64,000 bases of DNA from Bacteroidales bacterium (GCA_036351015.1 JAZBOG010000003.1:257102-321101); one strand, 5' to 3'. Shown: positions 37,381 to 47,554, counted from the stretch's first letter. Notes: a model not told the origin generated them from the letters alone. Program-made: numbers and translations.

Positions 37381-39822
37381 TTAATCCTCCTGTTTAATTT
37401 TATTGAAGGTTAAAATTAACTCTTTACCCATAACTGCTACAAATAACAACAATAAGATTACAGAGCTTGCCAGAGAAATCTTATTCCCGGTATAATACGA
37501 CTGAGGTTCGAATTTAAATTCGATGGTATGGTTCCCTTCCGGGATAACCAATGCCCGTAACACATAGTTCACCCGAAAATGATCTGCCGGGTTTCCATCG
37601 ATCCGGGCCTTCCATCCTTTCGGATAGTAGATTTCTGAAAACACGGCCAGTTTCTCATCGGCACAACGTGCCTCATACACCAGGTGATTCGGTTCATAAC
37701 TTACCAGAGTAATCGAAGAGCTGGTATCTTTTGTAAACTCCCTGCCTTCGACATGATGTGCAAAACGTTCATCAACAATGGCTTCTTTGGAGGGATTAAA
37801 ATCAGATAAAGCATCAATTTCCGCATCGGCATCGGGTACAACCCGGTAATTCTCCACAAACCATGCATTCCCGAGTGCTTCGGGATTACGCTGAGCAACC
37901 GGCTGATTATCCTGTCCCTGTACAATAAAATATTTGGTGTTCAGCATGTTCAAAACATCCATGTTGTTTCGGGAAATCTGGTAGTCAATCAGATCCTGGT
38001 AACGTTGCATTTTAGCTCCATGGTAACCGCCAATCGATTTGTGGAAATAGGAGGTACTGGCATCATTAAAGGTGTTTACGGCAACATTCAGCACCCTGAA
38101 GTTTGGATCCTGATCCTGAAGGATCTGCTGATCGGCACGGGTCATCTGAAACGGTTGTTTCGCTTCGCGCTTGCTTACAAAATTATTGTCGTTTAAATAG
38201 CGCTTATCAATTGCCCACATATCTATTAAAATAAGTACACCCAAAGCAAGCAGGGTATATTTTGTTTTTAATTTGCCTGATATATAAGCCCATATAGCTC
38301 CAGCTGCTAATAAGATAAAAATTAAAGAACGAAAAGCATCCCGCTGCAAAAACGCTCTGCGATCTTCGCGAATGGCATCAACCAGGGCCTGACCGCCCTG
38401 GGCTATAATCCGCTGGTCGGATTCTGCAGAGAAATCAAAAAACAAACCCGGGACTAAAGCAAAAAACAGCGCAATACCACCAACGATATACACTGAATTT
38501 TTAAAGGCTTTCATCAGCTTTTGCTTATCAACAGAACCATCCATAATTTTTTTCAAAGCAAGCATGGCCATCAGCGGAATGGTAAACTGGGCAACCACCA
38601 GGGTCATCGAAACGGCCCGGAACTTGTTGTATCCCGGCACATAATCCAAAAAGAAATTGGTAACCAACGGGAAATTCTTTCCCCAGGCTAACACAATGGA
38701 TAAAACAGTAGCTGAAATAAGCCACCATTTTAGTTTTGGATCCAGGAGATAAATTCCCAGGACAAAAAGAAAAATAATGATCGCACCCACATAAACAGGG
38801 CCGGAGGTAAAGGGTTGTGCTCCCCAGTATAAATAAGGGAAATGTTGTACAACCTGCGAAGCATAACGGGGCCCTTGTGCCGTTTCAAAAAATTCGTAGA
38901 CGGCCGAATTTTTTCCCAGATTCACATCGCTCCCTCCTCCTTTAAAATTGGGGATTAACAGGGTCATCGTCTCTTCTATTCCATAGCTCCATGCGGTAGC
39001 ATAATCCTTATCCAGCCCGGAGGTTTTATTGACTTCATCTTTGGTTAGCTCGGTTTCTCCACGCATCGAATATTTCCCATACTCATAGGTAGTCCAGATG
39101 GAACTAAAGTTACTGCCTACGGCAAGGATGGCTGCAATAATTAATACCCCGGTAGCCTTTAAAAATTGTTGATAGGTTTTATCTTTTATCGTGTAAATTA
39201 ATTCCACCATTCCATATACCACAACAATAATCAGGGTATAATAAGTTATTTGCAGGTGGTTGGCCAAAAGCTGCAGGGTAAGAAAGATAGCCGTAATGGC
39301 TGCACCCAGCAGCACCCTGCCCCGGTAGGTCAGATAAATACCGGCAATAATGGGAGACATATAGGCGATGGCAAAGACTTTGGTGTTATGTCCGGCAGCA
39401 ATCACAATAAAATAATACGACGAAAAAGCAAAAGCGATCGCTCCTACCACGCTCAACCAGGGTTTTGCTCCAAAAATCAACAACGAAAGGTAAAATCCCA
39501 GCAAACAGATAAAAAGTTGGTTTGCCGGACGTCCCATAAACTTTAAGATCTGATCGACATACCGAACCAGGTTACTCTTATATTGAACCGAGATCAAATA
39601 GGCCGGCATTCCTCCAAACATGCTGTTGGTCCAGAGCGCTTCTTCGCCGGTTTGGTCACGGAAATCCCGAACCTCCTTCGACATCCCCAAATAGGTGGTT
39701 TTATCTCCCTGCTGGATCTCCCTGCCCTCGATCTGAGGTAAAAAGTAAGCATAGGAAATAAGAATAAACAAAATTACTGCAACGAAATGCGGATAGAAAT
39801 GCTTGAATGGAAGATTTTTCAT
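37381..39822 (-). CDS. YfhO-family polytopic membrane protein (GT-C-like)
   Basis: The protein is 813 aa with many TM helices. It has an N-terminal QQGD...G...E..DFR...GEEALWTNSMFGGMPAYLIS pattern, and a C-terminal soluble domain followed by a final TM segment. Confidence 0.6.
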   Translation of the reverse strand: MKNLPFKHFYPHFVAVILFILISYAYFLPQIEGREIQQGDKTTYLGMSKEVRDFRDQTGEEALWTNSMFGGMPAYLISVQYKSNLVRYVDQILKFMGRPANQLFICLLGFYLSLLIFGAKPWLSVVGAIAFAFSSYYFIVIAAGHNTKVFAIAYMSPIIAGIYLTYRGRVLLGAAITAIFLTLQLLANHLQITYYTLIIVVVYGMVELIYTIKDKTYQQFLKATGVLIIAAILAVGSNFSSIWTTYEYGKYSMRGETELTKDEVNKTSGLDKDYATAWSYGIEETMTLLIPNFKGGGSDVNLGKNSAVYEFFETAQGPRYASQVVQHFPYLYWGAQPFTSGPVYVGAIIIFLFVLGIYLLDPKLKWWLISATVLSIVLAWGKNFPLVTNFFLDYVPGYNKFRAVSMTLVVAQFTIPLMAMLALKKIMDGSVDKQKLMKAFKNSVYIVGGIALFFALVPGLFFDFSAESDQRIIAQGGQALVDAIREDRRAFLQRDAFRSLIFILLAAGAIWAYISGKLKTKYTLLALGVLILIDMWAIDKRYLNDNNFVSKREAKQPFQMTRADQQILQDQDPNFRVLNVAVNTFNDASTSYFHKSIGGYHGAKMQRYQDLIDYQISRNNMDVLNMLNTKYFIVQGQDNQPVAQRNPEALGNAWFVENYRVVPDADAEIDALSDFNPSKEAIVDERFAHHVEGREFTKDTSSSITLVSYEPNHLVYEARCADEKLAVFSEIYYPKGWKARIDGNPADHFRVNYVLRALVIPEGNHTIEFKFEPQSYYTGNKISLASSVILLLLFVAVMGKELILTFNKIKQED

Positions 39823-40018
39823 AGGTACTATATTTTTTCTAAGATCACTTATTTACAGAATGATATAACTTGTTCGACAGCAATAAACCATACGAATAAA
39901 GCAATAAAGTTAACACAATCTGACCAATTAAATAAAGTGATCGGTTTAAAAAAAGTTATATCATCCATAAATCTTTATTTTCTTTGTATTTTTGAAACAA
40001 CTCTTTAAAAAAATACTG

Positions 40019-41206
40019 ATGACAATTGGAGTAGTTGTTGACAATGAATTTAATCATGATGCCAGGGTAAGGAATGAATGTAAGATTCTTGCCCGGGCCG
40101 GTCACGAAGTAAACGTTTTATGTTTCAATTTCGGAAAACATGAACCCTACGAAGAGATTGACAAAATCAAGGTTTACCGGATAAGCATTAAACAAAAGTT
40201 CAGGAATATCCTGTTTGCTTTTAACAACAGTATTGAGTTGTATAATCTATTCTGGAGCGCTAACATCAAAAAATTTATCCAAAAATATAATATTCAGGCG
40301 TTGCATGTACACGACCTTTATATGGCAAAGGCAGCACATTATGCGACAAAAAACACGACCATCCCGTTTACCCTCGATTTACATGAAAATTACCCGGCGG
40401 CAGTAAAAGGGTACCAGTGGATGTATCAGTTCCCGTTTACTTATCTGATAAGGCCAAAAAAGTGGGAGCGGCTAGAGAAAAAATATTTAGAATATCCCCA
40501 AAACATTGTTGTTCTAAGCGAGTCGTTTCGAGATGATTTACTCTTTAAGTATCCTTTTTTAAAAGAAAAAGCATTTGTCGTTTATCCCAATGTTCCCGAC
40601 TTAGATGAGTTTAAAAATTACCCCATAGATCAAACGATATATCCAAAAAATGATGATTTTCTTCTTTTCTATTTTGGTGTTATTTCTCAACGGCGAGGGA
40701 TTTTTACGGTGATTGAGGCGCTAAAAAAAATAATCAAGGAAATACCATCGGTAAAATTACTTCTGATCGGCCCGGCAGATAAAGCCGAAAAAGAGAAATT
40801 CCTGAAAACGATCACTAACCCAAAACTGAAAAAGCATATTACCTGGTATCCCTGGAAAGATATACGTTTACTCCCATCCTATATTCATAGTAGTGATGTG
40901 TGTCTGTCACCAATTGTAAAAAACGACCAACACGAATCGGGAGTGGCCAACAAAGTATTTCAATATATGCTTTTTGAGCGGCCGTTGATTGTCTCTGATT
41001 GTAAGCCACAGGCAAAAATTGTTGCTGAAGCGCAATGCGGACTCGTATTCAAGAGTGAGGATGCTGAGGATTTAGCCCAAAAAATTAATATGCTCTATCA
41101 GAACCAGGAGCTGAGCATAGAAATGGGAGAAAATGGAAAGAAAGCAGTAGAGATGAAGTACAATACCCAAAATTATGGAAAGAATTTAGTTAATTTGTAT
41201 GACTAG
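40019..41206 (+). CDS. glycosyltransferase family 4 (GT-B)
   Basis: The protein begins MTIGVVVDNEFNHDARV and its C-terminal half has the SPIVKNDQHESGVANKVFQYMLFERPLIVSD (EX7E-like) region. The ATG at 40019 is preferred over the listed TTG. Confidence 0.8.
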   Translation: MTIGVVVDNEFNHDARVRNECKILARAGHEVNVLCFNFGKHEPYEEIDKIKVYRISIKQKFRNILFAFNNSIELYNLFWSANIKKFIQKYNIQALHVHDLYMAKAAHYATKNTTIPFTLDLHENYPAAVKGYQWMYQFPFTYLIRPKKWERLEKKYLEYPQNIVVLSESFRDDLLFKYPFLKEKAFVVYPNVPDLDEFKNYPIDQTIYPKNDDFLLFYFGVISQRRGIFTVIEALKKIIKEIPSVKLLLIGPADKAEKEKFLKTITNPKLKKHITWYPWKDIRLLPSYIHSSDVCLSPIVKNDQHESGVANKVFQYMLFERPLIVSDCKPQAKIVAEAQCGLVFKSEDAEDLAQKINMLYQNQELSIEMGENGKKAVEMKYNTQNYGKNLVNLYD

Positions 41207-41209
41207 AAT

Positions 41210-42091
41210 ATGAAAATATCAACGATTAAACATATCACCTTAGAAGATGTTTACTGGCGGCTAAAAGCAGGCAGGTCAGGAAAACGGCTGACTGTTTTTG
41301 AGTTAAGAGCGGATTTAAACAAGTATATCCAAAATCCTGTTTTTTTTCTTTCCACGGGTAGATGTGGCACCAAATGGTTTTCAGATTTATTAACTCATGC
41401 TAAAGAATTATTCGTTTTACACAGCCCTGTCCCAAGTCTTGCCATCCAAAGCAAACTGGCATATGAAATCTTAAAAACGGGAAATCTGAAGAATAGTCAT
41501 GTAGATTTATTGGAAGAAATTTTTCTTACCGGCAGAGAACAACACCTAAGGTATAGTTATAAAACAAACAAAAGATATATTGAAACGAATAATTATGTTA
41601 CCTTTTTTGCTCCCCTTCTGAATAAACTTTTTCCTGATGCAAAATTTGTACATCTTTATAGGCATCCTGGAGAATTTGTACGTTCGGCCATACGCAGAAA
41701 TTACTATACCGAGAATAATCCGGATAACCTAAAAAGGATCATTCCCTTGGATAGCCAACAAAAAGAGCAATGGAAACATTTTACCCAACTAGAGAAAACC
41801 GCCTGGTTATGGAATGAAACAAATCTATTTATCGAACAATTTAAAGAAAAAAATCCCGGGAAGGTTTTTGATTTTAACTTTAATGAGCTAACAACAGATC
41901 ATGTAATCAAATTATTACATTTCCTGGGAATTAAGATAAATCCTGGAATCATAAGTAAGTCGCTTAACAAAAAAGCAAATGTTCAAAAAAAGGGGAATTT
42001 CAAAAAATACTCAACCTGGGAAAAAGAAAAAAAACAAGAGTTAATCAACATATGTAACGAATTGGCAGCAAAGTACAACTATAACTTATGA
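41210..42091 (+). CDS. probable sulfotransferase (Sulfotransfer_3-like)
   Basis: The P-loop-like PAPS motif is FFLSTGRCGTKWF, followed later by VHLYRHPGEFVRSAIRR. The gene sits inside a polysaccharide gene cluster. Confidence 0.55.
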   Translation: MKISTIKHITLEDVYWRLKAGRSGKRLTVFELRADLNKYIQNPVFFLSTGRCGTKWFSDLLTHAKELFVLHSPVPSLAIQSKLAYEILKTGNLKNSHVDLLEEIFLTGREQHLRYSYKTNKRYIETNNYVTFFAPLLNKLFPDAKFVHLYRHPGEFVRSAIRRNYYTENNPDNLKRIIPLDSQQKEQWKHFTQLEKTAWLWNETNLFIEQFKEKNPGKVFDFNFNELTTDHVIKLLHFLGIKINPGIISKSLNKKANVQKKGNFKKYSTWEKEKKQELINICNELAAKYNYNL

Positions 42092-42104
42092 CGTGTTTTA
42101 AATA

Positions 42105-42824
42105 ATGAAAAATTTAAACATCACCATTATTGGTAATTCAGTTGCTCTTAGGGTAAGACCTCCCAAACAATACCCTGACAATGAAAACTATACCAAATTA
42201 CTTGAAAAAGAGCTAAATACTCAACTTCCATCACATAATATTAGGCTAATAAATAAAGCTGTTGGAGCCTCAACAACTTATGATGTAATTCAAAAAATTG
42301 ATGAGTATATTAATTCTTTTCCTGAATTTTATATTCTGAATTTAGGGGTTGTTGATGCTTCTACAAGAGAAATTCCCCGGTGGTTGAACCAATGGATTAA
42401 TTCCAAAAAAGAAAGTTTCATTCTTTTTTTAGTACGTGCACTTTTTAATCATTTTATTAAAAGATACAGGCCATTTTTTGTGAAATTAAGAGGTAAAAGA
42501 AGCTGGATATCCGGGAAAAAATTTAAAAAATATTTTTCAGAACTTGTACAAACTTTATCCAAAGAAACCAATGCGAAAATTATAGCCATTCCCATTAATC
42601 CGGCAAATCAACGGGTAGAAAAACAATTACCGGGTTCATTAAAAAAACACCTTGAATATAATACGATCATTGAAAAAATTATTAAAGATCATTCCCAGGA
42701 AATTTTAAAAACAGACTTTTTACAATCAGAAATCCATTATCCTGATGGTGTTCACTATTCTTCCGAAGGCCATAAGATGATCGCCAAAGAAATTAGTACA
42801 ATCATTTTAAAATATATTCGCTAA
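42105..42824 (+). CDS. SGNH/GDSL-like hydrolase or acyltransferase
   Basis: Block I is ITIIGNSVA and block V is DGVHYSSEGH (DxxH). Confidence 0.6.
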   Translation: MKNLNITIIGNSVALRVRPPKQYPDNENYTKLLEKELNTQLPSHNIRLINKAVGASTTYDVIQKIDEYINSFPEFYILNLGVVDASTREIPRWLNQWINSKKESFILFLVRALFNHFIKRYRPFFVKLRGKRSWISGKKFKKYFSELVQTLSKETNAKIIAIPINPANQRVEKQLPGSLKKHLEYNTIIEKIIKDHSQEILKTDFLQSEIHYPDGVHYSSEGHKMIAKEISTIILKYIR

Positions 42825-44177
42825 GTGGAAGGTTATTTATCAAAGCAAAAAATAAACTATACTCTTTTTCACGTATCTCAATCTGTTGATTTACATACAA
42901 CAAAAGACTTATTTTATTTTTGCACTTCCCAAAATGTTCCTGCAGATTTAAAAAATAAAATTGTTTTTAAACTATCTTCAAAAAACTTAAATTTCGAAAA
43001 TATTTTATGGGTGGAGGACCTTCCCATTCTGTTCCCTACGAATAATCAACAAGAACCCTATTCCTTTGACCAAAACAACAATCTAATCTTCCATCACGAC
43101 CTTCTTAAATCAGCCTTTTACCTGCTTTCGGGATACCAGGAATTAAAACCCGAATACAGGGACCGCTTTGGCCGTTTCCCTTATGAACTTTCCATCCAAA
43201 AAAAACTGGGGATCATTAAAAAACCGGTAGTTAATTATTATTTTAAACTTATAACCCAGGGACTGGAAGAATTCTGCAAGATCCATAACCTGGAATTCAA
43301 AAAAGAGAAGCCCTATAACCCATTTGCTTTCTTCTTATCGCATGATGTGGATAAAATTGATACCTACAACTTTTATGATTTAGTTTATTATCTAAAAGTA
43401 TTGTTTGGATTATCTAAAAAAAAGATTCCTTTTTCGAAGAAAATAAGAAAAGTTGCTGAATACGGATTTCATTTTCTTTTTACCCGTAAAAACCCAAACT
43501 GGGATTTTGATTTCTTAAGGGGCCTTGAAAAACAATTTGATTTTACTTCTACCTTTTACTTTTTACCCAAGGATCTCAAACACCAGGATGCTTATTACTC
43601 ATTTCACGAAAAAAAAGTACAAGACCTATTTAAACAATTAAAAGCAGAACATTGTGAAATTGGGATCCATGGAACCAACCGTTCAGCCACTCATTTAAAA
43701 TTCTTACAATCCAATATTGCCGAATTAGAGAAGGCTTCAGGGGTTAATATTTCTGGCATAAGGCAACACCGACTTATTTTTGATATGAACATCACTCCCT
43801 ACATCCATGAGGAGGCTGGTCTGGCCTATGATACTTCGTTAGCCTTTGCAGAGCACGAAGGTTTCAGGAATTCCTATTGTTTCCCTTTTAAGCTCTATAA
43901 TTTTAAGGAAGACCGCCCTTTTCATACCTGGCAAATTCCGCTCCATGTGATGGATGCCACCCTGTTTGAATACCGGAAACTAACGATGGATGAGGCCTTT
44001 AACTCGGTGGAGGAAATTTTAAACGAAGTGATAAAATTTAATGGTGTTTTTTCCTTGCTTTGGCATAATGGCTTCTTTGATGAAATAGTACATCCGGGTA
44101 TTAAAACATTTTATTATAATGTATTAGAATCTATTCATAAACGAAAAGGTCGCTCAATTCATGGGAAAAAATTGTGA
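42825..44177 (+). CDS. hypothetical protein, possibly a polysaccharide-deacetylase-like (CE4-related) enzyme
   Basis: The GTG start directly follows the upstream stop. FFLSHDVDKIDT and IGIHG motifs are reminiscent of deacetylase folds, but the assignment is weak. Confidence 0.35.
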   Translation: MEGYLSKQKINYTLFHVSQSVDLHTTKDLFYFCTSQNVPADLKNKIVFKLSSKNLNFENILWVEDLPILFPTNNQQEPYSFDQNNNLIFHHDLLKSAFYLLSGYQELKPEYRDRFGRFPYELSIQKKLGIIKKPVVNYYFKLITQGLEEFCKIHNLEFKKEKPYNPFAFFLSHDVDKIDTYNFYDLVYYLKVLFGLSKKKIPFSKKIRKVAEYGFHFLFTRKNPNWDFDFLRGLEKQFDFTSTFYFLPKDLKHQDAYYSFHEKKVQDLFKQLKAEHCEIGIHGTNRSATHLKFLQSNIAELEKASGVNISGIRQHRLIFDMNITPYIHEEAGLAYDTSLAFAEHEGFRNSYCFPFKLYNFKEDRPFHTWQIPLHVMDATLFEYRKLTMDEAFNSVEEILNEVIKFNGVFSLLWHNGFFDEIVHPGIKTFYYNVLESIHKRKGRSIHGKKL

Positions 44178-44200
44178 ATCAAAAACTTAAACCAATCTTC

Positions 44201-45565
44201 CTAAGAAAAGAAAGGCAAATTTAAAATATAAATTCTTATAAAAATCAGAGGAATAATAACAGCCAAAATCCACTTACTTGTATTTAACCCCGCTTTAATA
44301 AGTGAGACATTCGCCATCTTTAATAAATAAAAACAAAATCCAATCCAGAATATAGTACTTACCAGACTATACAAGATAATTACATTTAAAGCATTATCGG
44401 CATAAAGCAATCCCCCAATTATCAATGGTGTTGCACGGAATATTAATAATATGATATTTACTATTAAACTTTTTTGCTGTTTTTCCAATACCGAAAATAG
44501 TTGGGACAAAGGTGATGATATAAAATTAAACAAAAACCAGATGCTTAAAAACTGTGAATATACCCCGGCAATCACCCACTCTTTACCAAATACAAAACTA
44601 AAAATATAATCTCCCCAAACACCAATAATACTCATCGGGATTATTCCAATAATTAATAGTTTCTTATACACAGAAAAAGTGAAATTGGCTAATTCCTTTT
44701 TATTATTCCTTAAAGTTGATGCTTTCTGAAAATATACCTGAGCAAAACTACGTCCAATCACATACATAGGCATACTCAGCATCCTGTGTGAAAATGAATA
44801 AAAACCAACAATGCCTGCATTAAAAAAACGGGTTAATAAAATAACAGGAATCTGAACAGAAAGGGTATTTAATCCATTGGAAGGCATGGTAAACAAAGGA
44901 AACTTTTTAAATCTTTCAGCGACCAGCTTTAACGAATGTAAGGAGGGCCTTGGAAAGGAAACAGTATTTTTTTTGGAAGAGAGATAACGGATATGTAAAC
45001 CTCCGGTTAATGCACCCAAGATACTGCTTACAATCATTCCAAAACTGCCCAGGTGCATAAACCCCATCCCTGCCCTCGAAAAAGAAGTCCCAAGAGATTG
45101 GGATACATTGGCAAACGAAATCGATGAGTAATGTTTCTTCCGGTTTTCATAATATTCATAAATCTGAAAAAGTGCACGAAGAAAAACAGATAAGGGAATA
45201 AAGTAAAGCCAACTCGAAATATCCTCATTATCCAGAATCCTCGTTACCTGATCATTAAATACTACTACCACGAACAACAAAATGATACTGACAACCAGGT
45301 TTATATAAATCGACAGGTACTTTAAGTCAGAAGCCTCCCTTTCATCTTCGGGCAACATGATGGCCAGGTTATATCTTCCTGTAGCTACAATCACAAAGAT
45401 ATTTACGATAGCTAAATATAACGCGATCAGCCCGAAGTCAGAAGGGGAATACAGCCGTGTAAGGATAGGGCTTATCAGTATTGGAATAGCCTGAGCAATA
45501 GCAGTACCACTGACTAAGGTTAAAACATTTTTATAAAATTCCGAGGTCCGGATTTTTTTAAACAT
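44201..45565 (-). CDS. oligosaccharide flippase (Wzx/MOP superfamily)
   Basis: The 454-aa protein has about 12-14 TM helices and an N-terminal NVLTLVSGTAIAQAIPILISPILTRLYSPSDFG pattern. Confidence 0.75.
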   Translation of the reverse strand: MFKKIRTSEFYKNVLTLVSGTAIAQAIPILISPILTRLYSPSDFGLIALYLAIVNIFVIVATGRYNLAIMLPEDEREASDLKYLSIYINLVVSIILLFVVVVFNDQVTRILDNEDISSWLYFIPLSVFLRALFQIYEYYENRKKHYSSISFANVSQSLGTSFSRAGMGFMHLGSFGMIVSSILGALTGGLHIRYLSSKKNTVSFPRPSLHSLKLVAERFKKFPLFTMPSNGLNTLSVQIPVILLTRFFNAGIVGFYSFSHRMLSMPMYVIGRSFAQVYFQKASTLRNNKKELANFTFSVYKKLLIIGIIPMSIIGVWGDYIFSFVFGKEWVIAGVYSQFLSIWFLFNFISSPLSQLFSVLEKQQKSLIVNIILLIFRATPLIIGGLLYADNALNVIILYSLVSTIFWIGFCFYLLKMANVSLIKAGLNTSKWILAVIIPLIFIRIYILNLPFFS

Positions 45566-45582
45566 ATTTCACGTGTATTGAG

Positions 45583-46878
45583 TTACAAGGCATGAATAAC
45601 CTCAGCCAGCGACCGGGTTAACGCCCTGCGTTCAAATCGTTCAATATCCGCTGATTCGACATCATCATTACCCGCCTGGTACCGTTGAAATAAATGAACA
45701 ACGGCTGATTTCATTTGTACAGTATCTTCATATTCACAAACTTCTCCTACTCCCATTTCGCGGATTAACCGGGCAGTATCTCCCTGTGTATTTCCCAGCA
45801 TCAATACAGGTCTCCCGGAGGCCAGGTATTCAAATACTTTTCCGGGAATCATCCCGGACGAGCCGGAAAAACGGCTAATCAGCAGTAAAAGTATTCTCGA
45901 ACGCATCATCTGCTTAGGAATATCATTATGTTGAACATAAGAAATCCGCTCGGTAAACTCTTCCAACCCATGCACTTTCATCTCTTCAATCACCGAAAAA
46001 TCTACTTTACCGATCAGCTTAATCTTTAATTTTGATTGGAAATCAGGATTATTTTTCAACAGTTCCTGCAAAACCATCCACAGGTTATGCGGATTTCTTT
46101 CCTTATGAACCGTTCCGATATGCACGATACTAAATTCATCATCCACCGGGTTGGAAATATCTTTAAAGTCCAAAGCATCATAACCATTGGTAATAACTTT
46201 CACTTTTTTACCCCCAAGCTGTTCCAGGTCTTTGGCCCAGGATTGGCTTACCGTTAAAACAACATCCGCCGAGGAAATAACTTTTCGCTCCAGTTTACGG
46301 TGTTTCTTATCCGCTCTCTTGCCTGTTTTCAGCAAATGATAGTAATCTACCTTGGTCCAGGGATCCCGAAAATCGGCAATCCATTGAATATTTAATTCTT
46401 TTTTTAATTGTAATGCGATTAAATGCATGCTGTGAGGCGGACCGGTTGAGATTACCGTCTCGATCTGATTTTCAGCAATAAACTTCTTTAAAAATTTAAC
46501 CGAGGGGTTGACCCAAAATTTCCGGGCATCGGGAATAAACAGGTTGCCCCGTATCCATACCGCAATGGATTCCAGGAAACCTGTCTTTTTATTTTCCTGG
46601 ATAAATCCTGCATTTACTTTTTGTTTCTGGCTTTTCCCGGTAAAAATCTTGTAAAAAGAATAGGGTTCAAATATTTTTCTTTTAATAACCTGTATCCCAG
46701 GAGGGATATCCTCTAACAACGAGTTATCTTCAACGGGACTTTCAGGATTCGAAGGGGTGTAAATAACAGGCTCAACACCAAATTCGGGCAGATATTTGGC
46801 AAACTTCAACCAGCGCTGCACCCCTGCTCCACCACTCGGCGGCCAGTAATAAGTTATTATGAGGACTTTTTTTTTCAA
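45583..46878 (-). CDS. glycosyltransferase family 4-like (GT-B)
   Basis: The N-terminus is MKKKVLIITYYWPPSGGAGVQRWLKFAKYL. The C-terminal region has GKVFEYLASGRPVL. Confidence 0.75.
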   Translation of the reverse strand: MKKKVLIITYYWPPSGGAGVQRWLKFAKYLPEFGVEPVIYTPSNPESPVEDNSLLEDIPPGIQVIKRKIFEPYSFYKIFTGKSQKQKVNAGFIQENKKTGFLESIAVWIRGNLFIPDARKFWVNPSVKFLKKFIAENQIETVISTGPPHSMHLIALQLKKELNIQWIADFRDPWTKVDYYHLLKTGKRADKKHRKLERKVISSADVVLTVSQSWAKDLEQLGGKKVKVITNGYDALDFKDISNPVDDEFSIVHIGTVHKERNPHNLWMVLQELLKNNPDFQSKLKIKLIGKVDFSVIEEMKVHGLEEFTERISYVQHNDIPKQMMRSRILLLLISRFSGSSGMIPGKVFEYLASGRPVLMLGNTQGDTARLIREMGVGEVCEYEDTVQMKSAVVHLFQRYQAGNDDVESADIERFERRALTRSLAEVIHAL

Positions 46879-46915
46879 GGAGCAATGATGTTTTTTAATT
46901 TTATTTAGAGGCTAT

Positions 46916-46976
46916 AAAGGTTGTTGAGGAGTTAAAGGTTGTTGAGGAGTTAAAGGTTGTTGAGGAGTTAAAGGTT
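46916..46976. repeat. 18-bp tandem repeat, about 3.4 copies (AAAGGTTGTTGAGGAGTT)
   Basis: Three perfect copies lie at 46916-46969, followed by a partial AAAGGTT. The array is immediately 3' of the four-helix-bundle gene in gene orientation. Confidence 0.9.
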
Positions 46977-47031
46977 AACATAGTTATTAAGTTTAGTATT
47001 GCTTCGAAATAGTATTAAAATGTAAAATAGT

Positions 47032-47382
47032 TTACAATGATTTAATAAGTTTGTTGAGCAAATAACTTATTTCTGTTGTTTTGTGGTCCATATCATTAAA
47101 TTTATTGGCATCAATATAACCCAGATCTTTTGATAAAAGTAATAAATACCTGATTTCTTCCAAAGAACCTCTTGCAATATACAAAAACCTTAGAAATTCT
47201 TTCGTGGTATTTCTTGAATGACCTTCTACAATATTTGTTGGAACCGATGTTGCTGCCCGTCGTATTTGATCTGTAATATTATATTTTTCATCTCTGGGAA
47301 AACTTACGATTTCTTTATAAATATATATTACAAACTGATGGCTCCTTTGCCATACTAACAAATCTTTCCAATGATTACTCAT
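47032..47382 (-). CDS. four-helix-bundle protein (23S rRNA intervening-sequence protein / Avd-like family)
   Basis: The 116-aa protein has the pattern LLVWQRSHQFVIYIYKEIVSFPRDEKYNITDQIRRAATSVPTNIVEGHSRNTTKEFLRFLYIARGSLEEIRYLLLLSKDLGYI, typical of this family. Confidence 0.8.
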   Translation of the reverse strand: MSNHWKDLLVWQRSHQFVIYIYKEIVSFPRDEKYNITDQIRRAATSVPTNIVEGHSRNTTKEFLRFLYIARGSLEEIRYLLLLSKDLGYIDANKFNDMDHKTTEISYLLNKLIKSL

Positions 47383-47451
47383 TTTAACGTTAACTTTTAC
47401 AATATCAAAAACGTCTAAAACCTCATCTCGCTTTATAATTTAATGTAAATG

Positions 47452-47550
47452 TACTCTTACAACCTCTAAAACCTCTACAACCTCTACAACCTCTACAACA
47501 TCTAAAACATCTAAAACATCTAAAACCTCAATAACCCCTACAAAATCTTA
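47452..47550. repeat. 9-bp periodic tandem array, about 11 units (AACCTCTAC / AACATCTAA variants)
   Basis: From 47461 the units read AACCTCTAA, AACCTCTAC x3, AACATCTAA x3, AACCTCAAT, AACCCCTAC, AAAATCTTA. Its reverse complement (GGTTGTAGAGG...) resembles the 46916-46976 array (GGTTGTTGAGG...). Confidence 0.85.
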
Positions 47551-47554
47551 CAAC

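Noticed and set aside
47032-47382. The Avd-like four-helix-bundle gene considered as part of a diversity-generating retroelement
   Set aside because: I found no reverse transcriptase and no template/variable repeat pair with adenine-specific differences within the window.
46916-47553. The short tandem arrays considered as a CRISPR array
   Set aside because: The repeat units are 9-18 bp and directly abutting, with no spacers. No cas genes are present in the window.
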